Shown here piece after piece: positions 13,699 through 24,331 of a DNA stretch of 33,844 nucleotides. Under the pieces are notes generated by a model, which made no database searches, was not told the DNA's origin, and saw only the letters and a program-made list of their open reading frames with translations. This stretch comes from Chrysochromulina tobinii (Eukaryota), in NCBI GenBank assembly GCA_001275005.1, contig JWZX01002869.1:1-33844 (forward strand). The letters are read 5' to 3'. Each line of letters opens with the position of its first letter. Within the stretch, counting starts at the first letter, position 1. Both the position numbers and the translations under genes were made by a program.

Positions 13699-15768
13699 TC
13701 ACGCGCCAAACTCGTCGCGGGTGACGCCCGCCTTTGTGGGGGCGGTGGGCGGCGGCGGCGGCGGGCGCGGCAGGATAACGACGACGCCCGTGAGGTTGTC
13801 GGCGCCTTCGCCAAAGGCTTCCTCTCCCATATCCCGCGTCTTCTCGAAGAAGGCGCGCGCGCGCTTGGCGGTGGTGAGCGGCTGGCCGGGCGGGCCAGCG
13901 TCGGGCAGCAGCAGCTCCTCCATACAGCCGTCGAAGGTCCAATGGTCCCACACGCCATCGGAAGCGACGATGAGCACGGCGCCATCGGAGTGGTCATTGG
14001 CCATGCACTCGGCGTACAGGTCCTTGACGACCACCTCCGGTCGCCAGGTCACACCATACGTCTGGTGGTAGAAGTCGCCCACGGAGCGCGTGACGCCGAG
14101 CATCATCTGCGAGAACTTGCCGCTCTCCGGGGTCATGATGACGGCCGCGAGGTCGCCTCTCGCCGTCTTGAGCCCGACGCCGAGCTCCTTGGTCTTGTCC
14201 ATCGTCGACTGGGCGATTTCCCAGCCGCCGTTGGGCGTGGGCGTGAAGATCGGCAGGAGGTTGTGCGGCTGGTTGTCGAACATGGCCTCGTGGTCGAAGA
14301 CGCAGTGGACGCCGGTGCCCTGCAGATACGTGACCCAATCGTGCATGTTGGTTGGCGAATGCTCAGGCACCAGATCGGTCACCGCATGTCCGTTGCCTTT
14401 CCCGGAGGGCACGCCTAGCACTGAGCAGCTGTCCCCGCTCGCCGCGTAGACGAGGGTGCGCCCGTCGAGCAGGGCGGCGACCGAGGCGGTGGTGCCGCCG
14501 TCTGCAGCATCATAGCCCAGAGGCCAGTCCTCCTCGTCCACGTCAATGACGAGCAGCCCCTGGTGGACTCGCACGCCTGGCTGCGATGAGATGGCCTGGA
14601 AGACCGAGTTGTGCGCCTGCTCGAAGCAGCGCGTCATCGTGCCCTCCGGATCAGTCGCCAGCTCTTTGAAGTGCTCGATAAGAAAGGCTTTCACGGCGCG
14701 CGCCGCCGCCCACGCGGCCACCTTGCCGTGGTCGGGCCCATGCCCGTCGAAGACGCCGAGCACCGCGTTCTTCTCGTCGAACCGGTGCACAAAGTAGGCG
14801 TCCTGGTTCTCCTTACCCGATCCGCCGCGGTCCGTGTACTCGATGAACTCGGGCGGGCGGAAGCTGGCGGGCGCGGGCGGCGGCGGCGTGGCGGCCGGTG
14901 CGGGCGCCGCCTTCGCCGCAGCTGGTGCTGGTGGCGCCGGAGCTGGCGGCGGCGTCGTCTCTTCCTCCACGAGCTCCTCGTCGTCCTCAAAGTCGTCCTC
15001 AAAGTCGTCGTCTTCGTACGCCTGCTCCTGGGCTTTCAACTGGCCGCGCGCGACGGTGCGCGGCGACTTTTGCGGCGACTTTTGCGGCGTCTTCCGCGGC
15101 GGTGCGACCTCTGGCGCCTTGGCCGGCGTGGGCTTGGCCGTGCCAGGCCGGACCGGCATGACTGGCTCCTCCATGCGCGTCTCCATCGGGCTGCCCGGGC
15201 TGCCCATGGCGGCCGCCGTGCCGACGGCGCTCGTGGCCTGGACACGCGTGATTGCGGGCGACGCGACCGGCTTCGGCGGCGGCGCTGGCGCGCCCGTCGG
15301 CAGCGGCGAGGGCGGTGGCGCACCTCCATCGTCAGCTGTGAGCATCACGGGCGTGTCAAGGAGAGTGCGCTCCGTGTCAACGTACGGTGTCCACCTGAGC
15401 TCGAGGCGCACGCGCCCGGGCATGAGCTCGAACCACGGAGCCACCTGCGCCTTAGGTGCGCCGCCGCGGGCGGGGACCACTTCGGCGAGCGGGATCGTGG
15501 CCTTTCCTAGAAACTCTTCCGGGTCATCCGCCGCGTTCCACACGTCGATGGTGAGCTTGGAGTTGGCGCACACGTCCTCGAAGAGGAACTCGTCGTTCCA
15601 GCGCGGCTGCAGCCCCTCGCACGCTGTCTTGTGCTGCCTCCGGCGCCACTTGAAAGTCTCGAGCAACAAGAGCTTGCAGTAGGTGCGAGGCGGACCGGCG
15701 AGGTACTCCTCGTCGTACTGGGCCTCGATGCAGCGCACGCGGAGTTCGCCCCAGACGGGGTCCGACAT
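13699..15768 (-). CDS. C2 domain + PP2C-family protein phosphatase
   Basis: The N-terminal ELRVRCIEA...PRWNDEFLF...LTIDVWN...FLGKATIPL is a C2 domain, followed by a Pro-rich linker. PP2C motifs: ENQD, GVFDGHG, GGTTA, GDS, TRSVGD, IVASDGVWD, ADNLT. ATG at 15768. Confidence 0.92.
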   Translation of the reverse strand: MSDPVWGELRVRCIEAQYDEEYLAGPPRTYCKLLLLETFKWRRRQHKTACEGLQPRWNDEFLFEDVCANSKLTIDVWNAADDPEEFLGKATIPLAEVVPARGGAPKAQVAPWFELMPGRVRLELRWTPYVDTERTLLDTPVMLTADDGGAPPPSPLPTGAPAPPPKPVASPAITRVQATSAVGTAAAMGSPGSPMETRMEEPVMPVRPGTAKPTPAKAPEVAPPRKTPQKSPQKSPRTVARGQLKAQEQAYEDDDFEDDFEDDEELVEEETTPPPAPAPPAPAAAKAAPAPAATPPPPAPASFRPPEFIEYTDRGGSGKENQDAYFVHRFDEKNAVLGVFDGHGPDHGKVAAWAAARAVKAFLIEHFKELATDPEGTMTRCFEQAHNSVFQAISSQPGVRVHQGLLVIDVDEEDWPLGYDAADGGTTASVAALLDGRTLVYAASGDSCSVLGVPSGKGNGHAVTDLVPEHSPTNMHDWVTYLQGTGVHCVFDHEAMFDNQPHNLLPIFTPTPNGGWEIAQSTMDKTKELGVGLKTARGDLAAVIMTPESGKFSQMMLGVTRSVGDFYHQTYGVTWRPEVVVKDLYAECMANDHSDGAVLIVASDGVWDHWTFDGCMEELLLPDAGPPGQPLTTAKRARAFFEKTRDMGEEAFGEGADNLTGVVVILPRPPPPPPTAPTKAGVTRDEFGA

Positions 15769-15974
15769 GGCGGGTGAAATTTTCGCAAAGCATCTTGGCA
15801 GTTTTCGATGTGGTTGCATATGCTTCAAGCTCAGCGACATCAGCACGTTCAGATGTATTCCTTTTGTCCATCGCAAAACGCAAGCGCCTCGAGAGCATAC
15901 CGGTACCGGTACGCAAACGACTCCTGCCTTCTCGGCCGCCCGCATTGGCGTTCCCTGCGACGCCCTCGTCCCCG

Positions 15975-16829
15975 ATGTCTCGCCTGGGCAACCTGGCGAA
16001 GGTTGGGTTAGGCGGCGCGCTCGGCGTTGCCGCAACCAACTCGGATGCAGCAGGCCAGACCTTTGAGGCGCTCTTCAAGGCACCGTCGCTCGCAACGCTC
16101 ATGGGCCTCGCTGGCATTGCCACGCAGAGGCAGATCGCGGCGCCTGCGCCTGGGGGCTTCGACCCCGTGGTGATGGCGGCGCTGCAGTCGGCGACAGACG
16201 CTCTCCGTGCGGTTACTCTCACGCAGCAGCGCTCGGGCTCCAACAGCCTGAGCCGCGCCGTGGTCTGGCTCGCCGTGCCCGCGGGCATTGCGCTCGCCAT
16301 CCACCACTTTGGCTGGGCGCGCGTCGGCTGGGTGACGGGCGAGACGATGCAGCGCTCGCTGCAGGCAGTGCGCAACTACGTGGGCACGCGCATCTCGGAG
16401 CTCAGCGAGGCACTCGCTGCGCGCTTCGACCGGCTGGAGGGGTCGCTGCAGGAGACACACGAATCCATCCAAAGGGTGAGCATCACCACGGCGGAGGTCA
16501 TGGCGGAGGTGCACTCGGTGGCCGCATCCCTCGCGTCGCTCGAGGAGCGCCTCACGCCGCTCGAGTCGAACGCGGCCACCGCCGCCAACGGCATTGGAGT
16601 CCTCTGTGAGCTCGTCAAGACTTCGGGACTGCTATCGAATGCGAGTGCCGAGTCGCTGCGCCGCCTCGACGACTTCACAGGCGCGAAGCGCACGGAGCCG
16701 ACGACGAGGATGCTACCGGCGCCGGGCGCCCAGTTGCTGCCCTCGCCGCCGAGCGTGCCGGCGCCCCAGCTCCATGCCATGCCCTCGTTCATGAGCGCCA
16801 TCATGACCCCCTCACCTATGAAAGGGTGA
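15975..16829 (+). CDS. DUF1664-like membrane-anchored coiled-coil protein
   Basis: ATG at 15975. A hydrophobic segment (VVWLAVPAGIALAI) is followed by GW..VGWVT..M, a long heptad coiled coil and NGIGVLCELV, as recalled for plant DUF1664 proteins. Confidence 0.6.
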   Translation: MSRLGNLAKVGLGGALGVAATNSDAAGQTFEALFKAPSLATLMGLAGIATQRQIAAPAPGGFDPVVMAALQSATDALRAVTLTQQRSGSNSLSRAVVWLAVPAGIALAIHHFGWARVGWVTGETMQRSLQAVRNYVGTRISELSEALAARFDRLEGSLQETHESIQRVSITTAEVMAEVHSVAASLASLEERLTPLESNAATAANGIGVLCELVKTSGLLSNASAESLRRLDDFTGAKRTEPTTRMLPAPGAQLLPSPPSVPAPQLHAMPSFMSAIMTPSPMKG

Positions 16830-17312
16830 ATGAACACACGAGTGATTCTAAGGTCAGATGCACCACCCGACCCGCGAGGACGGAAGTAAGGGGAAAGTGG
16901 TAACGGTGACCGAAACGGCGCCCAACCTTTTTGCTGTGTCGCTCGAAGCACTTGCTGTGAAGCTCGAAGCGGGCGGCTTCAGCGCGCCCTATGCCGTACA
17001 TACTCGTCGATCCTGATCGCCAGCAGCACGTGCTGGCCACCCATGGACACAGTCACCACCGCTCGACCTTTCTCCGTCGCCGCTGCTGCCCACCCACCTG
17101 CCAACGCCATCGCCACCTGCCTCAGCTCCGCCAGCGAGCCCAACGTACAGCATGGACCTCTCTTTCCCGGATGCCGCCGCCTCTGCCATGGGTACCCCTG
17201 CCTTCTCATCCGGCAGTGAACTACAAGGCCGATCCCACGGCCTCCACCCGCACATTGTCAATGGCCTAGCCCTGGCTCACTGCTCAACGTCGAGGCACCA
17301 TCACGTGTGCAT

Positions 17313-17386
17313 TGAAGCTGTCAAGCGGTCACACGTTCGACTCTCCTTGCATCCGCGCGGCCCAGGTTCGAGCCCTGGACGTGTGG
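17313..17386 (+). pseudogene. tRNA-derived (tRNA-Glu-like) element or SINE head
   Basis: Perfect T-arm/B-box CCAGG-TTCGAGC-CCTGG at 17362-17378, and A-box-like GTCAAGCGGT at 17320-17329. No canonical anticodon arm. Confidence 0.5.
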
Positions 17387-17520
17387 AGTTCTTCTTCATC
17401 CTCGAGTTCCTCGTCGAAGGCGGCGACACAAACGGTGCGCTCCGAGGATCGAACCACTGCTGCTGCTGATGAGCATGCAAGCTCTTGCTAATCTGCAGCT
17501 TGTACTGCGTGCGTTTGCAT

Positions 17521-17988
17521 GTGATTTTGGAGCTGACTAGCTGGGCGCCTAGGCCGCGTTCGATAAGTGTCATTCTCGAGCCCGTCAATTTCCCGGTGTT
17601 TTCGCTTTCCCCGTACTGAAGCGTGCGCGACTGATTCGTGTCGCTCGCAGGGACTTGAACGCGTGGAGCCTCCGAACCGAGCGTGGTGCGCATGCGCACT
17701 GTCGCGTGCGACTCACTGCTGCATGCCTTGCGTTCGATTGTGTGGATCCCGTCCTCCTCATCGAGCTCCTCCGCGACACAATAGGTGTGTTGCTCGAGCC
17801 GCTGACGCCAGCCTGCCATGCGTAGATGCATTTGAGCTGCTGAGCTGCAGCCGGGCCCAAAGCTCCCTAGCCATTGCGATTTTGAGAGCTCACTTGGCGC
17901 CCGGGCCGCGTTCGGTAAGTGCTATTCTTGAGCCCGTCATTTTGGCGATGTCTTCGCTTTGCCTGTAGTGAAGCGTGTACGCGGCTGA
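17521..17988. repeat. Diverged ~113-bp direct repeat (17521-17634 and 17876-17988)
   Basis: Shared blocks GATTTTG..AGCT, GGCCGCGTTCG.TAAGTG..ATTCT.GAGCCCGTCA, TTCGCTTT.CC.GTA.TGAAGCGTG. Confidence 0.85.
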
Positions 17989-18410
17989 ACACGATGATCT
18001 CGGGCCGGCTACGCGGCTAGAGCCGCCAACCGAACCGGGCCTACGTAGGGTGACGTGCAGATGGAGAGAGCAACCATCCTGTCAAAGATGCATCGCATGC
18101 AGCACTCATGAAGCACAATTATTCGAATGTAGTGTAGATCCTATTTAATATAGGTTGCCATCACATTAAATTTTCCTCGCCTGCGGCGCGCGTCCGAAAA
18201 ATCAAAAAAAGTCCACTTCTGTCAGGTGCGCCACCTGATCTCAGCTTCACTCACTTCCGATTTGCACCAGCTTCCCCACAGGGGTTCCCTTCAAGCTTTG
18301 GGATTGAGGCGTGAGGTGCTCGGCGGAGACAGACGCCCGCACTTGTACGACCCAGGATGAGAAGCGCAGTACGAGTAGTTCTTTGGACCTGAACACGATG
18401 TGCTCCGCGC

Positions 18411-21400
18411 TCACAAGAGCATGCTCCGCTGGATTGAGTCACGGGTGCCACGGTCCTTGTCATGCTCCTCCTTGACGATCCTGAGCAGCTCGGCCATGCG
18501 CAGCGACGGCCGATGCGCCGCGGTCCCCGCGTCAGACGCGGGCTCGAGCGTGCCGGACGCGTCTGCAGCAGTCGGCTGTGCCGTCAGCCTCGCGTCAGCT
18601 GTGGTCGGCTGCGCCGTCGCCACCTCGGGCTTGGCCTCGGGCTCGGAGCCGAGCACGACCTCCGTCTCGGCCATGACGGCGAAGCCGGCGGCGCGGTAGA
18701 GGCACGATTGGATGCGCGACGCGCTGAAGCCCGCCGACTCGCGAGCAAGCGTCTCCACATCGAGCCCTTCTTGCAGCGGGCACTCGGGCGGCAACAGCGC
18801 GGTCCAGAGTTGCACGCGCGTCCTCACATCGGGCAGCTTGAACGGGATGACGGCCTTCATCGCGCCGAGAATCCCGGGATGGACTTGATGCGCAACGGCC
18901 TCGAACTGCACCGCGGCCGCAACGCACAGGATGACCACGCCCGGGTAGCGCTCCATCTCGAACAGCAGCAGCTGCAGAGCGCGCTCATGTTCTCCACGAA
19001 GTCCAGCGCTGTCCACGGAAGGGTCGACGCCCGAGATGAGCAGTAGCGCGTCGGCGAGGCGGGACTCTTTGAAGAGGGTCGAGATCGAAGCGAGATTGCC
19101 GCTGGAGTTGCGTGATATAGTGCCGTTCAGCAACGCTGCAAAGTGCACAACGCGCACAGGCTTGCCAAGCTCGAAAGCGAGCGCCTCGGCCGCCGTGCGC
19201 TTCCCCGCGCCCGCGGGACCCCAAAAGAGGGCAGTCACACCTCCACGGCGCGCGTACGCTTCGGTGAAGCCCCACTCGCTTTGGAGCACCGGGCGCGCCT
19301 TCTCGAGCCTGAGCAGCGTGTGGAGAGCCGTGCGCAGTGCCGGGGGTAGCACGAGATCCTCGAGTGTGCGTGCACTCGAGACCAGCCCTCGTGTGTTCGG
19401 AGCGATGTCCGCCAGCTGCAGCGCGCCACGCATCTGCTGGCGGCAGCCCTCATGCAAATCAGCTTGCGTGACCATCGGGCTCGTGGGGTCTCGCCCGACG
19501 GCGCGCAGCAGCGCGGCAAGCACAGCGTTCCGGATGAAGCCGCCGGTGAGCTCGTACTTGAGCGCGATCGCTTCGATCTGCACGTTTGGCGCGAGGGGAA
19601 TGGCGGCCGGGGCGGTCAGCCGCTGCCAGATCTGCGCGCGCTGCCGGTGGTTGGGCGCTGAGAACTCGAAGACGGCTGTGAGCCGTCGGTACATGGCCTC
19701 GTCGATGTCGGCGGGCCGGTTGGTCGCGAGAAAGATGAGCCCCTCGAAGCGCTCGATCTCGGTCAATAGCTCGGTCATCTCGGAGGAGCCACCGGCGCCG
19801 CGCTGCGCGAAGAGCGACTCGCACTCGTCGAAGAAGACGACCGCGTTTGCAAGCTCGGCCTCGCGTAGGATCGACTGGGGCGAGACGCCGCCGCTCTTCT
19901 CGGCGCGCAGCAGTGGGAAGTTGACGAGGAGCACCTTGCGCCCGAGACGGCGTGCGACCGCGTTGGCGGTCATGGTCTTGCCGCTGCCGGAGGGGCCACA
20001 CAGCATGAGCACCATGCCCTCGGGCTGTGGTATTGCCTTCGCCAGCCCCACCTTGCGTGAGTAGCAGCGGAGAGACTCGTGTGCGGCGAGCATCGTGAGC
20101 AGCCGCTCACGGACGCCCTCGGCCAGCACCACGTCGTCGAGCTCGACCGTTGGCGTGTAGAGGTTGGCGCTCTCACCCGCCACCTCCTCGCTCTCGCGAT
20201 CGAGCCCGACGAGACAATCGAGCACACGCCGGTCGAGCGTGATGCGATTGTCGGTCAGGTCATCATTGCCGCGCGAGTACGTCTTGCCGGTGAGCCGGAT
20301 GAGGCCTTTGCGGACGAGCGCACCGGACTTGTAAAAGTAGATGCGCTTCTGGACCTGCTCGTGGAAGGATGTGGTGAGCACCTGCAGCACCCTCCCCACG
20401 GTTAGTTCTTCGGCGTCGAGTGAGCTCGACCGGCTTGTGGAAGAGGCGAGCAGCGCGCGCACGACGGGCGAGATGGTGTTGCCGCATGCCATGAGCAGCA
20501 CGCTCCGCTGAAACTCATCGAGGCTCAGCCGCTGGCAGAGGACCTCGAGGCGCGGGGTCCCCAGCTTTCCCGCGCGCCCGAGGCGCAGCCGGATCTTGCC
20601 TTCGATGAGCTTCACTTTGGCACGCAGCTCTGCCATGTTCACGCGGCGCGCGGGCGTCTTGTCGTACCACGGGCGCGTCGCGTCCTCGACCTCGGCATGT
20701 TTGACACGCTGCTTTGCGAGCTCCGCCGACAACTGTATACGTTGCACTAGCGCCGAGAACTGGTCGTCCAAGTACTCGAGCTCGTTGTCATACCCGCGCA
20801 GCGGCGCCTCGCCGTCCCCCGCCGTGTCGTCGCCACCGCCGCCACTGCCGCCGCCCGCGGGCGCTCCCGCGGCCTCTGCTGCTGCGGCGGCCTCCTCCTC
20901 CTCCGCGACCTCCTCTTCGCCCTGCCTCGCCGCCACGTGCTCGCCCTGTGCTGCTGCCGCCTCTTTTGACTGCGCCGCGAGATACGGAGCCCCGCCATCC
21001 AGCTTCGCGAGCAGATGGCCCACCGCGCCGTCGTCGGCCGAAATGCCGCTCGCCTTGGGCGCCTCAGGCGCCGCTACCCCAACAGCTCCTCCCTGCTCAC
21101 CTTCCTGATCGGCAGCCTTACGGCCACTGTTCACTACCGCCTCGGTGCTAGACCCGGCGGCGGTGGCGGACGGTGAGATGATTTCGAGCAGTTTGGTCCC
21201 GCTCAGCTTGAGCATCAGCTTCTCGGCACGGGCCGCCGCAGCACGGCCACCGTCGCTCGCTTCGCCAGGCAGCCTCGTAGTCGCGGGCGGGCCGCGCTGC
21301 ATCAGCTCGACGGCCTCAAAGCTGAGCGCGGCCCTCTTGTGCCCGGTTCGGTAGTCACTCTCACGCACAACTATGACGCCGTCCTTGCAGAGCGCGCTCT

Positions 21401-21980
21401 CCTCGTCAAAGAAGAGCTTCGCCTCTACCGCGCTCATTCCACACAGCGAGCGCAGTACCTTATCATCCACAAAGCCGTCCTCGACACCCTCGAGGTCGTC
21501 GAAGCACGTGCCGAACACGTCAGTCGTGTGGCTCCGCAGCAGGAGCAGGAGGATGAAGGCATCACGCTCGCACTCGCTCAGCTGGTACGCCTCGGAAATG
21601 CGCACCACGCATGGCTTCCAGTCGGCATCGCTAGGCGGGAGGCTGCGTTGCGTGTGCTCCGTCAGCTGCTTCAGCCATTCGCGTAGCTCGCGAATGCGCG
21701 CGGCGAGCTGCTCAGGAGTGGCAATGTTGCCCCCCTGCTTCTCCGTTTGCATCGTCGCACCGTGGCCGCGGCCGCCACCGACCAGCACAGTGCGAAGAGA
21801 GGAGAGCGCCTGATGGTAGAGGGACGCGACGACCAGCCGCAACTCGTGAGCGATGCAGAATCCAGCGTCTGTCGTGAACGGTGTCGGTTCGCTCGTCTGC
21901 CGAGCTGCTTCCTCTGCAAGCAACGGGTCTGCATACACCAGAAGGGCGATCAGAGACCGGCAGCAGGCCCCCGACGACAT
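18411..21980 (-). CDS. Tandem AAA+ ATPase with winged-helix-like N-terminal modules
   Basis: D1 has Walker A GPSGSGKT, Walker B VVFFDE, and ATNRPADIDEAMYRR. D2 is degenerate (GPAGAGKR; LLLISGVD). The exact start is uncertain. Confidence 0.88.
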   Translation of the reverse strand: MSSGACCRSLIALLVYADPLLAEEAARQTSEPTPFTTDAGFCIAHELRLVVASLYHQALSSLRTVLVGGGRGHGATMQTEKQGGNIATPEQLAARIRELREWLKQLTEHTQRSLPPSDADWKPCVVRISEAYQLSECERDAFILLLLLRSHTTDVFGTCFDDLEGVEDGFVDDKVLRSLCGMSAVEAKLFFDEESALCKDGVIVVRESDYRTGHKRAALSFEAVELMQRGPPATTRLPGEASDGGRAAAARAEKLMLKLSGTKLLEIISPSATAAGSSTEAVVNSGRKAADQEGEQGGAVGVAAPEAPKASGISADDGAVGHLLAKLDGGAPYLAAQSKEAAAAQGEHVAARQGEEEVAEEEEAAAAAEAAGAPAGGGSGGGGDDTAGDGEAPLRGYDNELEYLDDQFSALVQRIQLSAELAKQRVKHAEVEDATRPWYDKTPARRVNMAELRAKVKLIEGKIRLRLGRAGKLGTPRLEVLCQRLSLDEFQRSVLLMACGNTISPVVRALLASSTSRSSSLDAEELTVGRVLQVLTTSFHEQVQKRIYFYKSGALVRKGLIRLTGKTYSRGNDDLTDNRITLDRRVLDCLVGLDRESEEVAGESANLYTPTVELDDVVLAEGVRERLLTMLAAHESLRCYSRKVGLAKAIPQPEGMVLMLCGPSGSGKTMTANAVARRLGRKVLLVNFPLLRAEKSGGVSPQSILREAELANAVVFFDECESLFAQRGAGGSSEMTELLTEIERFEGLIFLATNRPADIDEAMYRRLTAVFEFSAPNHRQRAQIWQRLTAPAAIPLAPNVQIEAIALKYELTGGFIRNAVLAALLRAVGRDPTSPMVTQADLHEGCRQQMRGALQLADIAPNTRGLVSSARTLEDLVLPPALRTALHTLLRLEKARPVLQSEWGFTEAYARRGGVTALFWGPAGAGKRTAAEALAFELGKPVRVVHFAALLNGTISRNSSGNLASISTLFKESRLADALLLISGVDPSVDSAGLRGEHERALQLLLFEMERYPGVVILCVAAAVQFEAVAHQVHPGILGAMKAVIPFKLPDVRTRVQLWTALLPPECPLQEGLDVETLARESAGFSASRIQSCLYRAAGFAVMAETEVVLGSEPEAKPEVATAQPTTADARLTAQPTAADASGTLEPASDAGTAAHRPSLRMAELLRIVKEEHDKDRGTRDSIQRSMLL

Positions 21981-22194
21981 GGTGGTCCGCCTTTTACAAA
22001 GGACGCAAGCACGTGAGTCTTCGCTCCGTATTTACGTAGCTCGAAAGCGTGGTCATCCGTGCTCGCTTTATGAGGATGATTGTGGGTGCTTGGACAGAGG
22101 TTTATGATTGACCATGTTTTGATGAACACAAGTGTGTCCTCAGAGTCCCGGCTCACCCGGGTGTCTTTTTACCGGTACCGGACCTCTCGTAGCG

Positions 22195-23170
22195 ATGTCT
22201 TCGGCAGTGGACCCCGCCGCTGCGGCGATCGCAGAGCTCGTACACGCCATGTCGACCCCCGGTCCACTCGGGCTCCTCACGGAGCCGCCTCTGTGCAAGG
22301 TGAGCAGCTTCCTTTCGGACGGTCAGGACTCACCGTCTGTGACGGTGCGCCTCGAGGAGCCCTTCTGGTTCAGCAATGCGCACATCGAGATGCTGGTGCA
22401 CTGCGCGCAGCTGCAGTGCATGCTTGAGGTCGAGACGGTGGGCCAGCACGCCGCTCCGCGCCGTCTCGATGAGGTGTGCGCCTCACGGCCCATAGTGCAT
22501 GAGCTGCTTGACGCACTGTGCGCGGATGCGGAGACGCTGCAACCAGGCACAGGGCTGATGCCGCTGCTGGACGAGTCGGGGCTGTCGTCCACGTGCCCGC
22601 TCGTGGCGCACTACCTAGGGGACCCGGACAAGGTGTACCGAGACGAGAGCGTGCCGGTGGTGCGAGAGTACCTCGAGCACGTGAGCTCCCTCAACCAGCT
22701 GCTGTGCATCGCAAGGCAGCTGCGTGCGGATGTGAGTAGCGGTCGGCACAAGTACACGGCGCACAAAATCGCGCTGCTCTACCATTCGATCAACTCGAGC
22801 AAGCTCGCCCGCGACGTGCTGCGGAGACGCATCGAGGAGCACTTCGAGGACGTCAAGGAGGCGACGGAGTCGGAGGAGAGACCGGTGCTACCTGAAGAGC
22901 TGCGGACATGGATCGTGGTGCGTGCTCGGACCATGAGCACTGGCCATCCCTATGCTCTCGCCAGGCCATCCTGCAATTGGCTTATCTCTCCTCCTCGTCC
23001 GCGCCTCCTTACTCGGCCCTTTCCGATGCTCTCTCATGCTCTCACTCGTGCGTGCGCTCATGCCACCGCAGGGCCTTTGCGATGAGGTGATCGGCCTCGT
23101 GTGCGAGTTGCCGCCTTCGCTGCGAACCAAGCTCGCTCCGACGCATCGCTATCTGCGGCAGTGGAGCTGA
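22195..23170 (+). CDS. Hypothetical protein; exons 22195-22917 and 23072-23170
   Basis: ATG at 22195. An intron GTGCGT..CCGCAG (22918-23071, pyrimidine-rich) joins RTWIV to GLCDEVIG...QWS*. Contains helical HKYTAHKIALLYHSIN. Confidence 0.7.
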
Positions 23171-23431
23171 AAGGGAGCACCTCAGAATGCTAGGATGAGA
23201 ACCAGCGCTTCAGCACATCCGCTCGAGATGCACAGCGATAGTCGCTTCGTCTTGGCGGCCGCGGGCCGGGCCGGGGGTTCGGTTCCGTCGGGTAGTGCCA
23301 TCGCGATGGCTTACTCGGTACCCAGGCGCGTCGTGTCACACGCCGTCACGTTGCAAAACTCAAAGTGCGAACTATAACTCGTAGCACTGAGTCCTCACAC
23401 TTAATCAGGAGTAGCCTCGCGCGGCTTCACT

Positions 23432-24331
23432 TTACTCGCTCTCAGTGAGTGGGAGCGCTGGCCGGGCGAGCACGTAGGCAGCTGGGCCGAGGACGGGCAC
23501 AGCACAGAAGGCAGCGAGGCGGGCGATCTCCTCCGTGCTAGGATCTTCACCAGGCGCCGCGTACCAGCCGCGCCGTTGCATGTCCTCGCGTAACGGCTCA
23601 AAGAAGAAGAGGGAAAGCACGAGCAGGTCGAAGCTCGAGACGTTGACGATCCCAAACTGATCGAATAGGGACCAGTATGTTGCGAGCGCGGCGTCAAAGT
23701 CGGGGATGGTCGCCAGCTTGGCTCCGAGACCCAGCGACGTGAGGACCATCGCGACGCCAAACAGCTTAGACTCTGTCACGGTGCGAGCGATGAAGCCCAG
23801 CTCGGCGCGAGATATGGGTTGGGGGCGTGGTTGGCGAAGGAAGAGGTACGGACCGAGGCCACCAAAGCCTGCAAAGAAGCTGGTCGCAATGAGCGCGGGC
23901 GGCGCAGGCCTCTGATCCTTGGCGCCGGGCAGCAACACAGCTGCATACAGCGCCGGGAGCACGCCGAGCGCGTTGAAGATGACAAAGAAGATTGAGGGCT
24001 CCGCAGCAGTGTCCAGGCAGTTCATGACAATCGCGAGCGTCTCGTCGGGCGAACCCTGCGGTGCACTTCCGCTGCCAACGTAGAAAAGCGCGCTCAGGTA
24101 CGTCGCGAGCATTGCGGCACGAGTGGGTGAAGCCTGAAGACGACGCAGTGCTTTGCCAAAGGAGCCATCCTCGTCAGTGACTTCGGGAGGTGTACGGGTA
24201 GGAGGGGAGAAGAGTAGCTTGGGCTGCAAAGTGCGAGAGACATGCGCCGGCTTCATTGTCATCGGCGTCGGCAGCACGAGACCAGCCACGCACGGCGCGA
24301 GCGTCAGTGCCGCAAAAAGCCTCGGCGACAT
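23432..24331 (-). CDS. Plastid-targeted multi-pass membrane protein, DUF2834-like (cyanobacterial/plant family)
   Basis: Signal peptide MSPRLFAALTLAPCVAG plus a transit-like region. Contains FNALGVLPALYAAVLLP, SFFAGFGGLGPYLFLR, DMQRRG and VPVLGPAAY. Confidence 0.72.
   Translation of the reverse strand: MSPRLFAALTLAPCVAGLVLPTPMTMKPAHVSRTLQPKLLFSPPTRTPPEVTDEDGSFGKALRRLQASPTRAAMLATYLSALFYVGSGSAPQGSPDETLAIVMNCLDTAAEPSIFFVIFNALGVLPALYAAVLLPGAKDQRPAPPALIATSFFAGFGGLGPYLFLRQPRPQPISRAELGFIARTVTESKLFGVAMVLTSLGLGAKLATIPDFDAALATYWSLFDQFGIVNVSSFDLLVLSLFFFEPLREDMQRRGWYAAPGEDPSTEEIARLAAFCAVPVLGPAAYVLARPALPLTESE

Noticed and set aside
17313..17386. Functional tRNA gene
   Set aside because: No proper D or anticodon arm can be formed together with the acceptor stem.
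18411..23170. Contractile injection system or prokaryotic defence operon around the AAA ATPase
   Set aside because: The neighbours are ordinary intron-containing eukaryotic genes, with no structural or effector genes.
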